A DNA stretch of 64,000 nucleotides from Candidatus Cloacimonadota bacterium (GCA_030445745.1 JASUTE010000004.1:88173-152172); one strand, 5' to 3'; shown: positions 9,898-20,026, numbered from the stretch's first letter. Notes: a model not told the origin generated them from the sequence alone. Translations and numbers: made by a program.

Positions 9898-11346
9898 TTA
9901 CCACTCAAATTTCACATTAAGCTCGCGTACCGCTTTGGTATCGTCCACCCGGCGAACCGGAGTGTTTAGTGGTGCTTCTTTTAGTGTTTCAGGTGAATTT
10001 ACAGCTTCTGCAGCAATATCTACCATAGCTTCAATAAATTCATCTAAAGTTTCCTTGCTTTCCGTTTCTGTGGGTTCTATCATCATTGCTTCCGAGACTA
10101 TAAGTGGGAAGTAGATGGTAGGAGCATGAATTCCTTTATCTAAGAGTCTTTTGGCTATATCCAAAGTTTTTACTCCGGTTTTATCCTTCTGCCATTTACC
10201 GCTAGCTACAAATTCATGCATACAATATTCATCTTTGAATGGGACTAAATAATGTGCTTGCAGTTTTTTCATTAGGTAATTAGCATTAATCACAGCGTTT
10301 TCAGAAACTCTTTTTAATCCTTTAGGGCCTAACATCTTAAGATAGATGTAAGCACGCACATTTACAGCAAAATTACCATAGAACGAATGTATTTTCCCAA
10401 TAGAAGTATTTTTGTGGGAATAATCCCAGAAAAATTTTCCATCTTTTCGATTAACCATTGGTACAGGTAGGAATTTTACCAGATCTTTCCGTACTCCAAT
10501 TGGACCTGAACCTGGTCCACCACCTCCATGTGGGGTAGCGAAAGTTTTATGCAAGTTGTAATGCATAACATCAAAACCAATTTCACCCGGTTTCACTATT
10601 CCCAAAAGTGCGTTAAAATTGGCTCCATCCATATACATTAAGCCGTCAACATCGTGAATAATCTTGCTGATTTCTTCAATTTGGGCTTCGAAAATACCCA
10701 AAGTATTTGGATTTGTAAGCATGAACCCAGCAGTTTTTTCATTAACGGCTTCGCGCAGAGCTTTAATATCCACCATACCGCGCTCGTTACTGGGAATTTC
10801 TACTACTTCATATCCTACCATTTTCACACTAGCAGGGTTGGTGCCATGAGCAGAATCTGGAAGAATGATTTGGTTTTTTTTATTTCCCTTAGTAGCATGA
10901 TATGCTTTTATAATCTTCAGGCCAGTAAATTCGCCTTGAGCTCCAGCTACGGGTTGTAGGGAAGCTTTTGCGAAACCAGAAATTTCTGAGAGCATATTTT
11001 GAAGCTCAAACAGAATTTCCAGCGCTCCTTGAACAGTATTTTCTGGTTGTAGAGGATGAATATTGGCAATAGAGGGATTTCGAACCAATTCTTCACTTAT
11101 TTTAGGATTATATTTCATTGTGCAGGAACCAAGAGGATAAAATCCCTTTTCTATAAAATGATTCATATGACTAAGCTCGATAAAGTGACGCATTACATCT
11201 AGTTCACTTACTTCTGGCAATTTTAACTCTTGTTTACGACGGAAGTTTTCCGGGAAACAGTTTTCTAATTTGGTATCTACATCATTTGCAGGCAGGGTAT
11301 AACCTCTACGGTTGTCGGAGTGTTTTTCAAAAATAGTTTTAGGCAT
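9898..11346 (-). CDS. gcvPB: glycine dehydrogenase (aminomethyl-transferring) subunit 2
   Basis: 482 aa with strong family features: SCTMKYNP, HGTNPAS, and the PLP-lysine region NLHKTFATPHGGGGPG. Confidence 0.92.
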   Translation of the reverse strand: MPKTIFEKHSDNRRGYTLPANDVDTKLENCFPENFRRKQELKLPEVSELDVMRHFIELSHMNHFIEKGFYPLGSCTMKYNPKISEELVRNPSIANIHPLQPENTVQGALEILFELQNMLSEISGFAKASLQPVAGAQGEFTGLKIIKAYHATKGNKKNQIILPDSAHGTNPASVKMVGYEVVEIPSNERGMVDIKALREAVNEKTAGFMLTNPNTLGIFEAQIEEISKIIHDVDGLMYMDGANFNALLGIVKPGEIGFDVMHYNLHKTFATPHGGGGPGSGPIGVRKDLVKFLPVPMVNRKDGKFFWDYSHKNTSIGKIHSFYGNFAVNVRAYIYLKMLGPKGLKRVSENAVINANYLMKKLQAHYLVPFKDEYCMHEFVASGKWQKDKTGVKTLDIAKRLLDKGIHAPTIYFPLIVSEAMMIEPTETESKETLDEFIEAMVDIAAEAVNSPETLKEAPLNTPVRRVDDTKAVRELNVKFEW

Positions 11347-11347
11347 C

Positions 11348-12682
11348 TTAAACCTCCTTCAAAGCAGCAACTAATTCGTCTAAGTTAGTTTTACTTTTCT
11401 TTTCGGTAACAGCTATTAGCAGTAAGTTTTCCTCTAAACCAAACTGTTCCAAACTAATACCAGGCAAAATATCGTAGTCTACCAGTTTAGTTATTATCTT
11501 TTTAGCCGGTAACGGGGTTTTTACGGTAAATTCTTTAAAGAAAGGTTTGTTGCTCATTAGTTTATAATTAGGAAGCTCGGCGATCTTAGTAGCCAGGTAA
11601 TGAGCTTTAGTAGCACTTTGGGTTGCTACTTCCTGTAATCCCTTGGGGCCCATCAGACTCATATAAACTGTAGCTGCCAATGTGCAAAGAGCATCGTTAG
11701 AGCAGATGTTGGAAGTAGCTTTGGCACGACGAATATGTTGTTCGCGCGCTTGCAGAGTTAAAGCATAAGCACGAGTGCCATTGGCATCTTCGGTTGCCCC
11801 TACAATGCGGCCGGGCATGGTACGTGCCAATTTTTGGTGGGTAGCCAAAAACCCAAAGAGGGGGCCACCATAATTAGTGTGATTGCCTAAGGCTTGACCT
11901 TCGCCCACCACAATATCTGCTTTGTATTCTGCTGGAGAATTCAATACAGCCAAAGAGATGGGATCTACAACAGCTATAAATAAAGCTTTTTTAGCGGAAT
12001 GCGTTATTTTCTCGATAGCGGCCATATCTTCCAAATTACCAAAGAAGTTTGGAGTTTGTACAACCACACAAGCTGTATCGTTATCGCTTGTTTCTGCCAA
12101 TTTCTGCAGGTTATCTTCAATATCAACATCGATCAATTCAATATCCATTCCCTCTGTATAGACACTCACTATTTGACGATATAAAGGATTAAGCGAGTTA
12201 GCCAGAATTGCTTTATTCTTCTTGGTTTTACGTGCAGCCATCAGAACAGCTTCTGCTGTGGCTGTAGCACCGTCGTACAAACCTGCATTGGAAATTTCCA
12301 TTCCCGTCAGTTCACATATCATTGTTTGATATTCGTAGATATATTGTAGAGTTCCCTGGCTAACCTCAGCTTGGTAGGGTGTATAAGCGCTATGAAATTC
12401 AGGACGCTGAATGATATGATCTACTGCTGCGGGAATAAAGTGATCGTAAATTCCACCACCTAAAAAGGCATTGATTTCGTTTGCTGAAATGTTTTTGGCA
12501 GCTAGTTTAGCATATTTGCGAGAAATTTCTAATTCAGAATACTGTTTTTCCAAACAGCAATCTTCTTGAAGAAGGAATTTTTCTGGGATGTTTTTCAACA
12601 GTTGTGAAAAATTCTCCACACCAATTGCTGCCAACATTTCCTGGCGTTCTTTGTTTGTATTGGAAATGAAGGGCATATTCAT
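11348..12682 (-). CDS. gcvPA: glycine dehydrogenase (aminomethyl-transferring) subunit 1
   Basis: 444 aa with YTPYQAEVSQGTLQ and GEGQALGN..YGGP. Separated from gcvPB by 1 nt. Confidence 0.92.
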   Translation of the reverse strand: MNMPFISNTNKERQEMLAAIGVENFSQLLKNIPEKFLLQEDCCLEKQYSELEISRKYAKLAAKNISANEINAFLGGGIYDHFIPAAVDHIIQRPEFHSAYTPYQAEVSQGTLQYIYEYQTMICELTGMEISNAGLYDGATATAEAVLMAARKTKKNKAILANSLNPLYRQIVSVYTEGMDIELIDVDIEDNLQKLAETSDNDTACVVVQTPNFFGNLEDMAAIEKITHSAKKALFIAVVDPISLAVLNSPAEYKADIVVGEGQALGNHTNYGGPLFGFLATHQKLARTMPGRIVGATEDANGTRAYALTLQAREQHIRRAKATSNICSNDALCTLAATVYMSLMGPKGLQEVATQSATKAHYLATKIAELPNYKLMSNKPFFKEFTVKTPLPAKKIITKLVDYDILPGISLEQFGLEENLLLIAVTEKKSKTNLDELVAALKEV

Positions 12683-12769
12683 ACTCCTTTTTATATATTT
12701 TTTTAATTTTACAATTTTTTTTGTACTTATTCTGTCAATTAAAACGATTAAAGAAAAAACAGAGCTTTT

Positions 12770-13423
12770 TTAGTCCAAAATTATTTTATTTTGCAGTTCA
12801 AAAAAACTTTTCACCGTCAGGTCTGCTTTGTTAATATCTTGTTTGGAAGTGGAATTGGTTTGAAGTGCTGCGCAATACATACCTGCCATTTTTGCAGCAT
12901 TAACTCCGTTAGCCGAATCTTCTATCACCAGAATGTTCGCAGGTTTTGTATGCAAGAATTCGGCACTTTTTAAGAATATTTCGGGGGAGGGTTTGGGATT
13001 GGTTACATTTTCACCGCCTAAAATACTGTCAAAATAATCTCTGATTCCTAATTTATTCAGTATCAAAATTACTAATTTGCTGTGGGTAGAAGAAGCAACG
13101 GCTAGTGGCAAACCAGCTGTCTTTTGTAAAAAGGGTAGTAACCCGGGCATGGGTTTCAATTTATTTATTTTTTTAAACTCAGAATAAAGCAGTTTCTTAT
13201 TTTGCTCTATTAACTGCTCTACGGAATTCGGAAGCGCATGCTTTTGTTTCAGATAACTCCACATATATTGTAAATTGCTGCCAATAAAGCTTTCATATTC
13301 CTGCTCTCCAACCTCTATATTTAAATTATCGAACATCTTTTGAGTAATTTTTGCATGCAGAGGTTCACTATCTAGTAGCACTCCATCCATATCAAAAATA
13401 ATAGCTTTTGGTTTGAATTTCAT
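12770..13423 (-). CDS. HAD-IA hydrolase (beta-phosphoglucomutase / phosphatase family)
   Basis: AIIFDMDGVLLDSEPLH motif I, VASSTHS motif II, and KPSPEIF...VIEDSANGVNAAKMAGM motifs III/IV. Confidence 0.75.
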   Translation of the reverse strand: MKFKPKAIIFDMDGVLLDSEPLHAKITQKMFDNLNIEVGEQEYESFIGSNLQYMWSYLKQKHALPNSVEQLIEQNKKLLYSEFKKINKLKPMPGLLPFLQKTAGLPLAVASSTHSKLVILILNKLGIRDYFDSILGGENVTNPKPSPEIFLKSAEFLHTKPANILVIEDSANGVNAAKMAGMYCAALQTNSTSKQDINKADLTVKSFFELQNKIILD

Positions 13424-13553
13424 ATCTCCTTCCTTGATACAAATGAAACTTAAAACTTAACTAAAATGTCAAGCAAATCTGCTTTTTGTTTGACAACCAC
13501 AGCATTTTCCAATTTATGAGAAATATCTAAAATAAAATATGAGGATAAGATAA

Positions 13554-14879
13554 ATGCCTAAAAAAGGTGGTAGATACGTTTTTTTAATAATATTTAGTAT
13601 GTTTATCGTGGCTTGTTCCGACCAAGTAGAACAAGAAAAAAAAATTGAAGAACCCGTATTACCAAAATATGAATATAGAACTGGTCACATAGGACGAGGT
13701 GAAACTTTAGCTGAAACTATGCTGGAAATGGGATTAAAAAATACCCAGGTTTATGCTATGGTTAATAAACTTAATTCAGTTTATAATTTACGCTATACGC
13801 ATCCGGGAGATAGTTTTCAAGTCAAATTAGATTCTTTGCACAATATTCAAGAGCTTAGCTTTTATCCGGAAGTGGTAAAAACCTACAAAGTGATTCGAAA
13901 AGATAGATTGGTTTATGATGAAGATAGTTTGCGGGCATTGCAGGCAAAAAAACTCCCGCCTCTGGATTTTCTAGAAAGGATGGATGATTACATCATCGAT
14001 ACCACCTTTGTTTATACTGCTCAGGTAGATTCTTTGCCTTTAAAAAAGGAAATTGGAATTTGTACGGGTGAGATAGAGAGTTCTTTATGGCAAGCCATGC
14101 TGGATGCAGGTGAAAAACCTAAACTTACGATGGAACTCAGTCAAATATTCCAGTGGGATATCGATTTTAATATTGATCCACAAAAGGGAGATAAATTTAT
14201 CTTGGCCTACGAAAAATATACAAGCGATGGCGAATTTGTGAAATATGGAAATATCCTCACAGCACGGTATGTTAGCAAAAAATATGATAATACAGCTTAT
14301 CGATTTAATTCCCTAACCGATGGACCTCACTACTACGATTCTCAAGGGAAATCATTCCAAAAAGCGTTTTTGAAATCGCCATTGAATTATACGCGGATAA
14401 CTTCCTACTTTGGGTATAGAAATCATCCGATAGCTCGTAAAGTAAGATTCCACAATGGGGTAGATTACGCTGCCCCTTATGGCACACCGGTAGAAAGCAC
14501 TGGCGAAGGTGTGGTAATTCATAAAGGATGGAAAGGTGGTCATCCCACGGTGAATGGCCGGCGCGGAGGATATGGGAAAACAGTTATGATTCGTCACAGC
14601 AATGGCTATAAAACTCTTTATGGTCACTTAAGCAGCTATGCCAAGATTTGGGTAGGAAAAAGAGTAAGTCAACATGAGGTGATAGGTTATGTCGGCTCTA
14701 CTGGTCTTTCTACTGGAAATCATCTACACTACACCATATATCATCACGATAAACCAATAAATCCTTTAAGATTGAAAAATGTGTCAGGTCCACCAGTACC
14801 AAAAGAGCAAATGGCTGAATTCAAAGAACGTGTTAAAGAGCTAAAACAGCTTATTGCAGGTTTCGATGGAATTTCCTAA
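13554..14879 (+). CDS. M23 family metallopeptidase (LytM-type, secreted/lipoprotein)
   Basis: Signal/lipobox FIVAC. Catalytic motifs HNGVDYAAPYGTP and GSTGLSTGNHLHY. Confidence 0.85.
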   Translation: MPKKGGRYVFLIIFSMFIVACSDQVEQEKKIEEPVLPKYEYRTGHIGRGETLAETMLEMGLKNTQVYAMVNKLNSVYNLRYTHPGDSFQVKLDSLHNIQELSFYPEVVKTYKVIRKDRLVYDEDSLRALQAKKLPPLDFLERMDDYIIDTTFVYTAQVDSLPLKKEIGICTGEIESSLWQAMLDAGEKPKLTMELSQIFQWDIDFNIDPQKGDKFILAYEKYTSDGEFVKYGNILTARYVSKKYDNTAYRFNSLTDGPHYYDSQGKSFQKAFLKSPLNYTRITSYFGYRNHPIARKVRFHNGVDYAAPYGTPVESTGEGVVIHKGWKGGHPTVNGRRGGYGKTVMIRHSNGYKTLYGHLSSYAKIWVGKRVSQHEVIGYVGSTGLSTGNHLHYTIYHHDKPINPLRLKNVSGPPVPKEQMAEFKERVKELKQLIAGFDGIS

Positions 14880-15900
14880 GTTAGTTTTAGATAAACAAAA
14901 ATGCAAAACAAATATAAAAAGGTTTGTTAGCAAAGCCAAGAAGAAAGGTTTAATATTTCGGCCGCATTTCAAAACTCATCAGTCCGCGCAAATTGGTGAA
15001 TGGTTTCGGCAAAATGGTGTTAATAGTATCACAGTATCTTCTATAGCAATGGCGGAATATTTCGCAGCTGCTGGCTGGAATGATATCACTATTGCCTTTC
15101 CCTTGAATGTTTTACAAATTTCACAGTATAACAAGCTAGCAGAAAATATTAATTTAAATTTATTAATCTCCACGACTCAGATTTTGCCGAAATTATCCCA
15201 GCTATCAGATAAAATAGGCTATTTCATCGAATTAGATAATGGCAGCAATCGCAGTGGGTTGGAAATAGATCTTGCGTTGAAATTAGCTGCAATATTACCT
15301 TCAGATCGGGTTAGGGGTTTTTTATTGCATGCAGGAAATACTTATAAGGCAAAAAATTCCACTGAAATTTTGAAAATACACCAGCAGCAATTAGAAATAG
15401 CGCAAAAGTGTAAACAGAATTTTCCTGAAAAGATATTTTCTATTGGTGATACACCTTCTTTCAGTCTTGCTGAAACTTTTTCTAATATTGATGAGGCGAG
15501 ACCAGGTAACTTTGTATTTTTCGATGTAATGCAAAGAAATTTGGGAAGCTGCCAATGGGAAGATATAGCTTTAGCAGTATATTGCCCAGTAGTAGCAATG
15601 TATGATAAGCGTCAGGAAATAGTGATTCATGGTGGCGCCGTACATCTTTCCAAAGAAAATGAAAAAGGTTGTTTTGGTAGGGTTGCAATTCCTGGTAAAA
15701 CAGGGTGGGGAGAACCTTTGCCGGATACATATGTAACTTCGTTATCACAAGAACATGGCATTATAAAAACTCGAGGAGATGTTTTAGAAATGATAGAATT
15801 AGGTTCTATTTTAGCTATTTTGCCTATTCATTCTTGTTTAACAGCAAATCTGTTTACAGAATACAATACCTTAGAAAATAATATAATAGAAAAGTTGTAA
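14854..15900 (+). CDS. D-TA / alanine-racemase-N-terminal-domain PLP enzyme (D-threonine aldolase / D-serine dehydratase-like)
   Basis: The RPHFKTHQS PLP-lysine motif and overall alanine-racemase-like TIM-barrel pattern. The start could be the ATG at 14866 (MEFPKL...). Confidence 0.7.
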   Translation: MQVSMEFPKLVLDKQKCKTNIKRFVSKAKKKGLIFRPHFKTHQSAQIGEWFRQNGVNSITVSSIAMAEYFAAAGWNDITIAFPLNVLQISQYNKLAENINLNLLISTTQILPKLSQLSDKIGYFIELDNGSNRSGLEIDLALKLAAILPSDRVRGFLLHAGNTYKAKNSTEILKIHQQQLEIAQKCKQNFPEKIFSIGDTPSFSLAETFSNIDEARPGNFVFFDVMQRNLGSCQWEDIALAVYCPVVAMYDKRQEIVIHGGAVHLSKENEKGCFGRVAIPGKTGWGEPLPDTYVTSLSQEHGIIKTRGDVLEMIELGSILAILPIHSCLTANLFTEYNTLENNIIEKL

Positions 15901-15911
15901 AAGGAGTATTT

Positions 15912-16865
15912 ATGAATGTTTTAGTAACTGGCGGTGCTGGTTTTATTGGTTCTCATTTGTGTGAAAAACTTTTGGATGCTGGACACAGGGTCTATAATGT
16001 AGATAATTTTTGTGATTTCTATTCGCCAGATATAAAAAGAAATAATATTCAAGTAGCTCAGCAAAATCCAAATTATAGATTGCTGGCAGGCGATATTCGT
16101 AACCAGGAATTTTTAGAAAGAATTTTTGCAGAAAATCAATTCGACATGGTAATTCACTTAGCAGCCATGGCGGGAGTTAGGCCATCTATAAAAGCTCCTC
16201 AGCTTTATACTGAGGTAAATGTAAATGGTACAGTAAACTTATTGGAATGCTGTCGCAAAAATTCCATTAAGAATTTTATCTTTGCCTCTTCCAGCTCGGT
16301 TTATGGCAATAATACCAAAATACCATTTGCCGAAACCGATGCGGTTGATTTTCCTATTTCGCCCTATGCTGCTACTAAAAAAGCGGGAGAACTTTGGTGC
16401 TATACCTACCATCATCTACACAAAATCTCTATTGCCTGTTTACGGTTTTTTACTGTCATTGGCCCGCGCCAGAGGCCTGATTTGGCATTACACAAATTTG
16501 CCAGTAGAATTGCTAACCATAAACCTATTCAGGTGTATGGTGACGGCAGTTCCAAACGAGATTATACCTACATCGACGATATCACTGACGGAGTGCTGAA
16601 AGCGATGCAATATGTCAAAAACAATTTGGTTTACGATATTTTCAATTTAGGTGAATCGAAGAGGATAGATCTATTACATATGATAAAGAGCTTGGAAGAT
16701 GAAATGGGAATGACTGCGGAGAAAGAGTGGCTGCCTATGCAACCAGGTGATGTACAGCTTACCTATGCTGATATCGAAAAGAGTAGAAAAATTTTAGGTT
16801 ACTCGCCACAATTCCCTTTTGAACTTGGTGTGAAGAAATTTGTGGAATGGTTTAACGAAAGATAA
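15912..16865 (+). CDS. NAD-dependent nucleotide-sugar epimerase/dehydratase (UDP-glucuronate 4-epimerase-like)
   Basis: VTGGAGFIGSH Rossmann motif, catalytic SSSSVYG...YAATK, and the extended-SDR pattern. Confidence 0.85.
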   Translation: MNVLVTGGAGFIGSHLCEKLLDAGHRVYNVDNFCDFYSPDIKRNNIQVAQQNPNYRLLAGDIRNQEFLERIFAENQFDMVIHLAAMAGVRPSIKAPQLYTEVNVNGTVNLLECCRKNSIKNFIFASSSSVYGNNTKIPFAETDAVDFPISPYAATKKAGELWCYTYHHLHKISIACLRFFTVIGPRQRPDLALHKFASRIANHKPIQVYGDGSSKRDYTYIDDITDGVLKAMQYVKNNLVYDIFNLGESKRIDLLHMIKSLEDEMGMTAEKEWLPMQPGDVQLTYADIEKSRKILGYSPQFPFELGVKKFVEWFNER

Positions 16866-16913
16866 ATTTTGGAATAAAATTTGCATTAATCATGGAAAAT
16901 TCGGAGGATAAAG

Positions 16914-17480
16914 ATGAAAATAGTCAGAACAGTTATGATCTTGGTGCTAGTATTGCTTTCTGTAGCAGCATTAGCCGAACTAAAAGGAAAGGATTTTGTG
17001 GAGAAGGGTGAACTGCAAGAATTTAGCGGAAACCTAATAAAGACTGATGAAGAGTGGTCTTTACAGACAGAAGAAGCCACTTTTGATTTGCATTTTGGCC
17101 CACAGGAATATCTGCAGAGCAAAGAAGTTGTGCTGCAAGAAGATACAGAAATAAATTTAACGGGCTATTTGTATAAAAAAAATATTGCCGTTGTTAAGTT
17201 TGTTTACTATGATGTTAATGTGGTTTTGCGAAGCGATAAAGGTGATCCACTTTGGCATGGCACAAAATATGCCAAAAAACATGATAAGCATTACGTGGAT
17301 TCCAGCAAATGCATTGGCTGCAAACTTTGTGTTAGTGCCTGCCCCACAGGTGCTATTAGCATGAAAGATGGCAAAGCTGTTATCGATCCGGACAAATGTA
17401 TAAACTGTGGTATTTGTATAAATGGAAATGGTCAGGGGTTTTCCGGTTGTCCGGTAAAGGCTATAAACAAGAATGAATAA
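16914..17480 (+). CDS. signal-peptide protein with an unknown N-terminal domain and a C-terminal 2x[4Fe-4S]-type ferredoxin module
   Basis: Sec signal MKIVRTVMILVLVLLSVAALA. Cys motifs CIGCKLCVSACP and CINCGIC(x9)CP. GGAGGA RBS sits 6 nt upstream of the start. Confidence 0.7.
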   Translation: MKIVRTVMILVLVLLSVAALAELKGKDFVEKGELQEFSGNLIKTDEEWSLQTEEATFDLHFGPQEYLQSKEVVLQEDTEINLTGYLYKKNIAVVKFVYYDVNVVLRSDKGDPLWHGTKYAKKHDKHYVDSSKCIGCKLCVSACPTGAISMKDGKAVIDPDKCINCGICINGNGQGFSGCPVKAINKNE

Positions 17481-18261
17481 ACGAGATAAAATTCGTTTTT
17501 TTAGTCAGCTTTTTTTCCTAATAGTATCGTTAACGCTCTTAGTTTTGCTAATTTTAGGATTTCTAGGAGTATCGCACTCTTACTGTCCATTTGCCAGTGT
17601 TTGTTTTGGAATTCTGGGGCTTAGTCCTGCAGTTTCGGTTTGGTTGTTTAAAACAGCTGCTATTGTAGGAATTCTAATAGCTTTCAGTACGGTCTTTTGG
17701 GGAAGAAAGTTTTGCGGTTATATATGTTTCTTGGGCACACTTCAGGAATTTATTTACAATTTGAACTGCAGCCGGAAAAAGTATTGTCGGAAACTGTCTT
17801 ATAAAACTCATTTAATTTTAAGAGTGTTAAAGTATCTGGTACTTATCTTTACAGCAGTGACTGCTTTCTTGGCTCTACAGTATCTATATATGAAATTTTG
17901 TCCAGTGTATGCATTAGCTCATCCCCAAAACATTAGCTTAGCAGCAGTATTTACTTTAATTGTGATATTTGTTTTGGGAGTGTGGGTCGAAAGATTTTGG
18001 TGCAGATATTTGTGCCCTTATGCAGCATTGATGAATCTATTCCAATATATGGGTAAATTGCTGGGAATTAAAAGACAGAAAATTAGAAGAAATATTGAAG
18101 CAAGCGTGAATTGTAAAACTTGTTCAAATTATTGTCCAATGGGCATAAAAATTGAATGTAAAGAGGAGATAAGTAATATTAACTGCATACATTGTGGTCG
18201 TTGTGTTAGAAAATGTTTGAAAGACAATTTCTCTAAAGAACAGTGTTTATACAGAGATTAA
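17473..18261 (+). CDS. polytopic membrane 4Fe-4S-binding protein (NapH/MauN/NosR-type polyferredoxin)
   Basis: Multiple TM helices. Family-typical motifs RKFCGYICFLG and RFWCRYLCPYAAL, plus C-terminal CKTCSNYCP and CIHCGRCVRKC. 8-nt overlap with the upstream gene. Confidence 0.7.
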   Translation: MNKRDKIRFFSQLFFLIVSLTLLVLLILGFLGVSHSYCPFASVCFGILGLSPAVSVWLFKTAAIVGILIAFSTVFWGRKFCGYICFLGTLQEFIYNLNCSRKKYCRKLSYKTHLILRVLKYLVLIFTAVTAFLALQYLYMKFCPVYALAHPQNISLAAVFTLIVIFVLGVWVERFWCRYLCPYAALMNLFQYMGKLLGIKRQKIRRNIEASVNCKTCSNYCPMGIKIECKEEISNINCIHCGRCVRKCLKDNFSKEQCLYRD

Positions 18262-18264
18262 ATT

Positions 18265-19230
18265 ATGAAAAAGATACTCATATTTTTAGCGATTTTAAGT
18301 TTATTCGCTTGTGATGATTCTATTTCCAAGCTTAGTCTAGATAATACAGCTCCTAACCCGGTTTCTAATTTGCAAATATTAGAAACGGGAGGAGATTATG
18401 TGAAGTTGATATGGAGTGTACCAGATTCCAAAGATGCTGCTTTTTACAAAATTTATAAAAAATTAAGTACGGAAACAGAGACTATTACCAACTTTATTTT
18501 TACCGATCAACTTCAAGTTAACTTACAAAACACTCAGCAGGGTATAATTATAGACAGCTTAGCTTTCAGCAATAATTACGATTTTGCCGTTTCGGTGTGC
18601 GATGAAAGCATGAATGAGAGCGAATTACAAAAAATAACAGGTATTGAAACGCTTAACAATAATCCTGTTGACACAACACCTCCAGGTGATATTGCACAGC
18701 TGCAGTTGGTACCTACATTTTCGGAAGGCTATGAGATAATTGACGTAGTTATAACAGCTTCTTTTGTTGCACCAGGCGATGATGGCGATAACGGTATAAC
18801 CGAGATTGAAGTAAGATATTCACCATTTGGACCAGTTAATTCAGATAACTGGCAAACCGCTTTTCCTTATCAGGGTACAGTTTTTAGTGGTATTGCTGGA
18901 GAAACCACAATAATTGAACTTCCCTTGAAAAAATGTATGGCTCCCCCTCCCGTTCCACCCAATTATGCTTTTTATTTTGCTGCCAGAGCTATTGATGAAG
19001 CAGGAAATACTTCGGCTATCAAGAGTTTTTCTGGTAAAATAACCGCAGAAGTTATCCGTAAAAGCTGTATTTCTTGTTGGGAATGTTTAGATATTTGCCC
19101 GGAAAATGCTATCTCCAAACAAAACGGAAAGGCTTCTATCGATTTGAGCAAATGTGTGCGCTGTGGCGATTGTATTTTAACCTGTGAAGAAAAAGGTAAT
19201 GAAGCAATAAAATATTATATAACAGAATAA
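18265..19230 (+). CDS. lipoprotein with FN3-like domains and a C-terminal 2x[4Fe-4S]-type ferredoxin module
   Basis: Lipobox LSLFAC. FN3-like signatures (PNPVSNLQILETGGDYVKLIWSVP; DTTPPGDIAQLQL). Cys motifs CISCWECLDICP and CVRCGDCILTC. Confidence 0.65.
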   Translation: MKKILIFLAILSLFACDDSISKLSLDNTAPNPVSNLQILETGGDYVKLIWSVPDSKDAAFYKIYKKLSTETETITNFIFTDQLQVNLQNTQQGIIIDSLAFSNNYDFAVSVCDESMNESELQKITGIETLNNNPVDTTPPGDIAQLQLVPTFSEGYEIIDVVITASFVAPGDDGDNGITEIEVRYSPFGPVNSDNWQTAFPYQGTVFSGIAGETTIIELPLKKCMAPPPVPPNYAFYFAARAIDEAGNTSAIKSFSGKITAEVIRKSCISCWECLDICPENAISKQNGKASIDLSKCVRCGDCILTCEEKGNEAIKYYITE

Positions 19231-19247
19231 AAGAGAGGTAGGAGAAG

Positions 19248-19787
19248 ATGAAAAAGAAAATAATTTACGCGATAATTTTGCTGTTTGTAATGGCCGTAAC
19301 ACTATATGCTGCTAGGGTTATCTATCAAATAGACCCCGATCAGTGTAATGGTTGTGGTGAGTGTTTTGTACAATGTCCCAATGATGCTATCTATTATGAT
19401 TATGAAGTATGGACTTATCAGATCAATCCAGAATTATGTGATGGTTGCGGAGATTGTGTAGATACTTGTAATCATAATGCTATTCATGAAGTTGTTAGCA
19501 ATGGCAGTGAAGAGATCGATCCTAATTTAAAGATATCTTGTTTCCCCAATCCACTTAGCTCTAATACAACTATTTCTTATGATATGCACAACGGGCAAAA
19601 AGGAGAAATAGTTATCTTTAACATCAAAGGCAGAAAAATTCGTTCTTTTCCAATAGAAAGCCGTACTGGCCAGGTCAGCTGGGATGGAAAGGATAGAGCT
19701 GGCAATGAAGTTGCAGAAGGTATTTATTTCTATAAATTGAAAACCGGCAATAGAAAAGTGATAAAAAGACTAACTGTAATAAAATGA
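19248..19787 (+). CDS. signal-peptide ferredoxin module fused to a T9SS-type C-terminal sorting domain
   Basis: Signal MKKKIIYAIILLFVMAVTLYA. Cys motifs CNGCGECFVQCP and CDGCGDCVDTC. The C-terminal ~85 aa (CFPNPLSSNTTISY...GIYFYKLKTGNRKVIKRLTVIK) match the por_secre_tail / FlgD-Ig-like pattern. Confidence 0.7.
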   Translation: MKKKIIYAIILLFVMAVTLYAARVIYQIDPDQCNGCGECFVQCPNDAIYYDYEVWTYQINPELCDGCGDCVDTCNHNAIHEVVSNGSEEIDPNLKISCFPNPLSSNTTISYDMHNGQKGEIVIFNIKGRKIRSFPIESRTGQVSWDGKDRAGNEVAEGIYFYKLKTGNRKVIKRLTVIK

Positions 19788-20026
19788 AAAAAATTAATAT
19801 AATTTTAGTTTTAGTGCTGCTGCTCATTATTTCGTGTGCAGCAGCCTCTGCTGCTTATCGAGTAAATACAAACGACTGTGTAGGTTGTAATGATTGTGTT
19901 AAAGTGTGTCCTGTAAATGCGATCTCTATCGAAGATGGAAAAGCTTATATAGACCAGGAGAAATGCATCAAATGTGGGTTGTGTTATAAAACCTGTACTT
20001 ACGAAGTTATTAGGAAATCAAAATGA
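19784..20026 (+). CDS. small (80 aa) signal-peptide/lipoprotein 2x[4Fe-4S]-type ferredoxin
   Basis: MKKINIILVLVLLLIISCAAASA followed by CVGCNDCVKVCP and CIKCGLCYKTC. ATGA overlap on both sides. Confidence 0.65.
   Translation: MKKINIILVLVLLLIISCAAASAAYRVNTNDCVGCNDCVKVCPVNAISIEDGKAYIDQEKCIKCGLCYKTCTYEVIRKSK

Noticed and set aside
9898-12682. Split glycine dehydrogenase genes without adjacent gcvT/gcvH, considered as a possible anomaly.
   Set aside because: Two-subunit GcvPA/PB and dispersed gcv genes are common in many bacterial lineages. This is ordinary metabolism, not a novel feature.
12683-12769. A possible glycine riboswitch upstream of gcvPA.
   Set aside because: The leader is only ~87 nt, almost pure A/T, and lacks the conserved GGAGAG...CACCG-type cores of glycine aptamers.
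16870-16900. A Fur-box-like sequence just upstream of the ferredoxin operon (TGGAATAAAATTTGCATTAATCATGGAAAAT).
   Set aside because: It shares the GAAT and TTTGCA half-elements with the three good boxes, but the spacing differs and the palindrome is poor. I did not annotate it as a feature and mention it only as something to test with a PWM scan.
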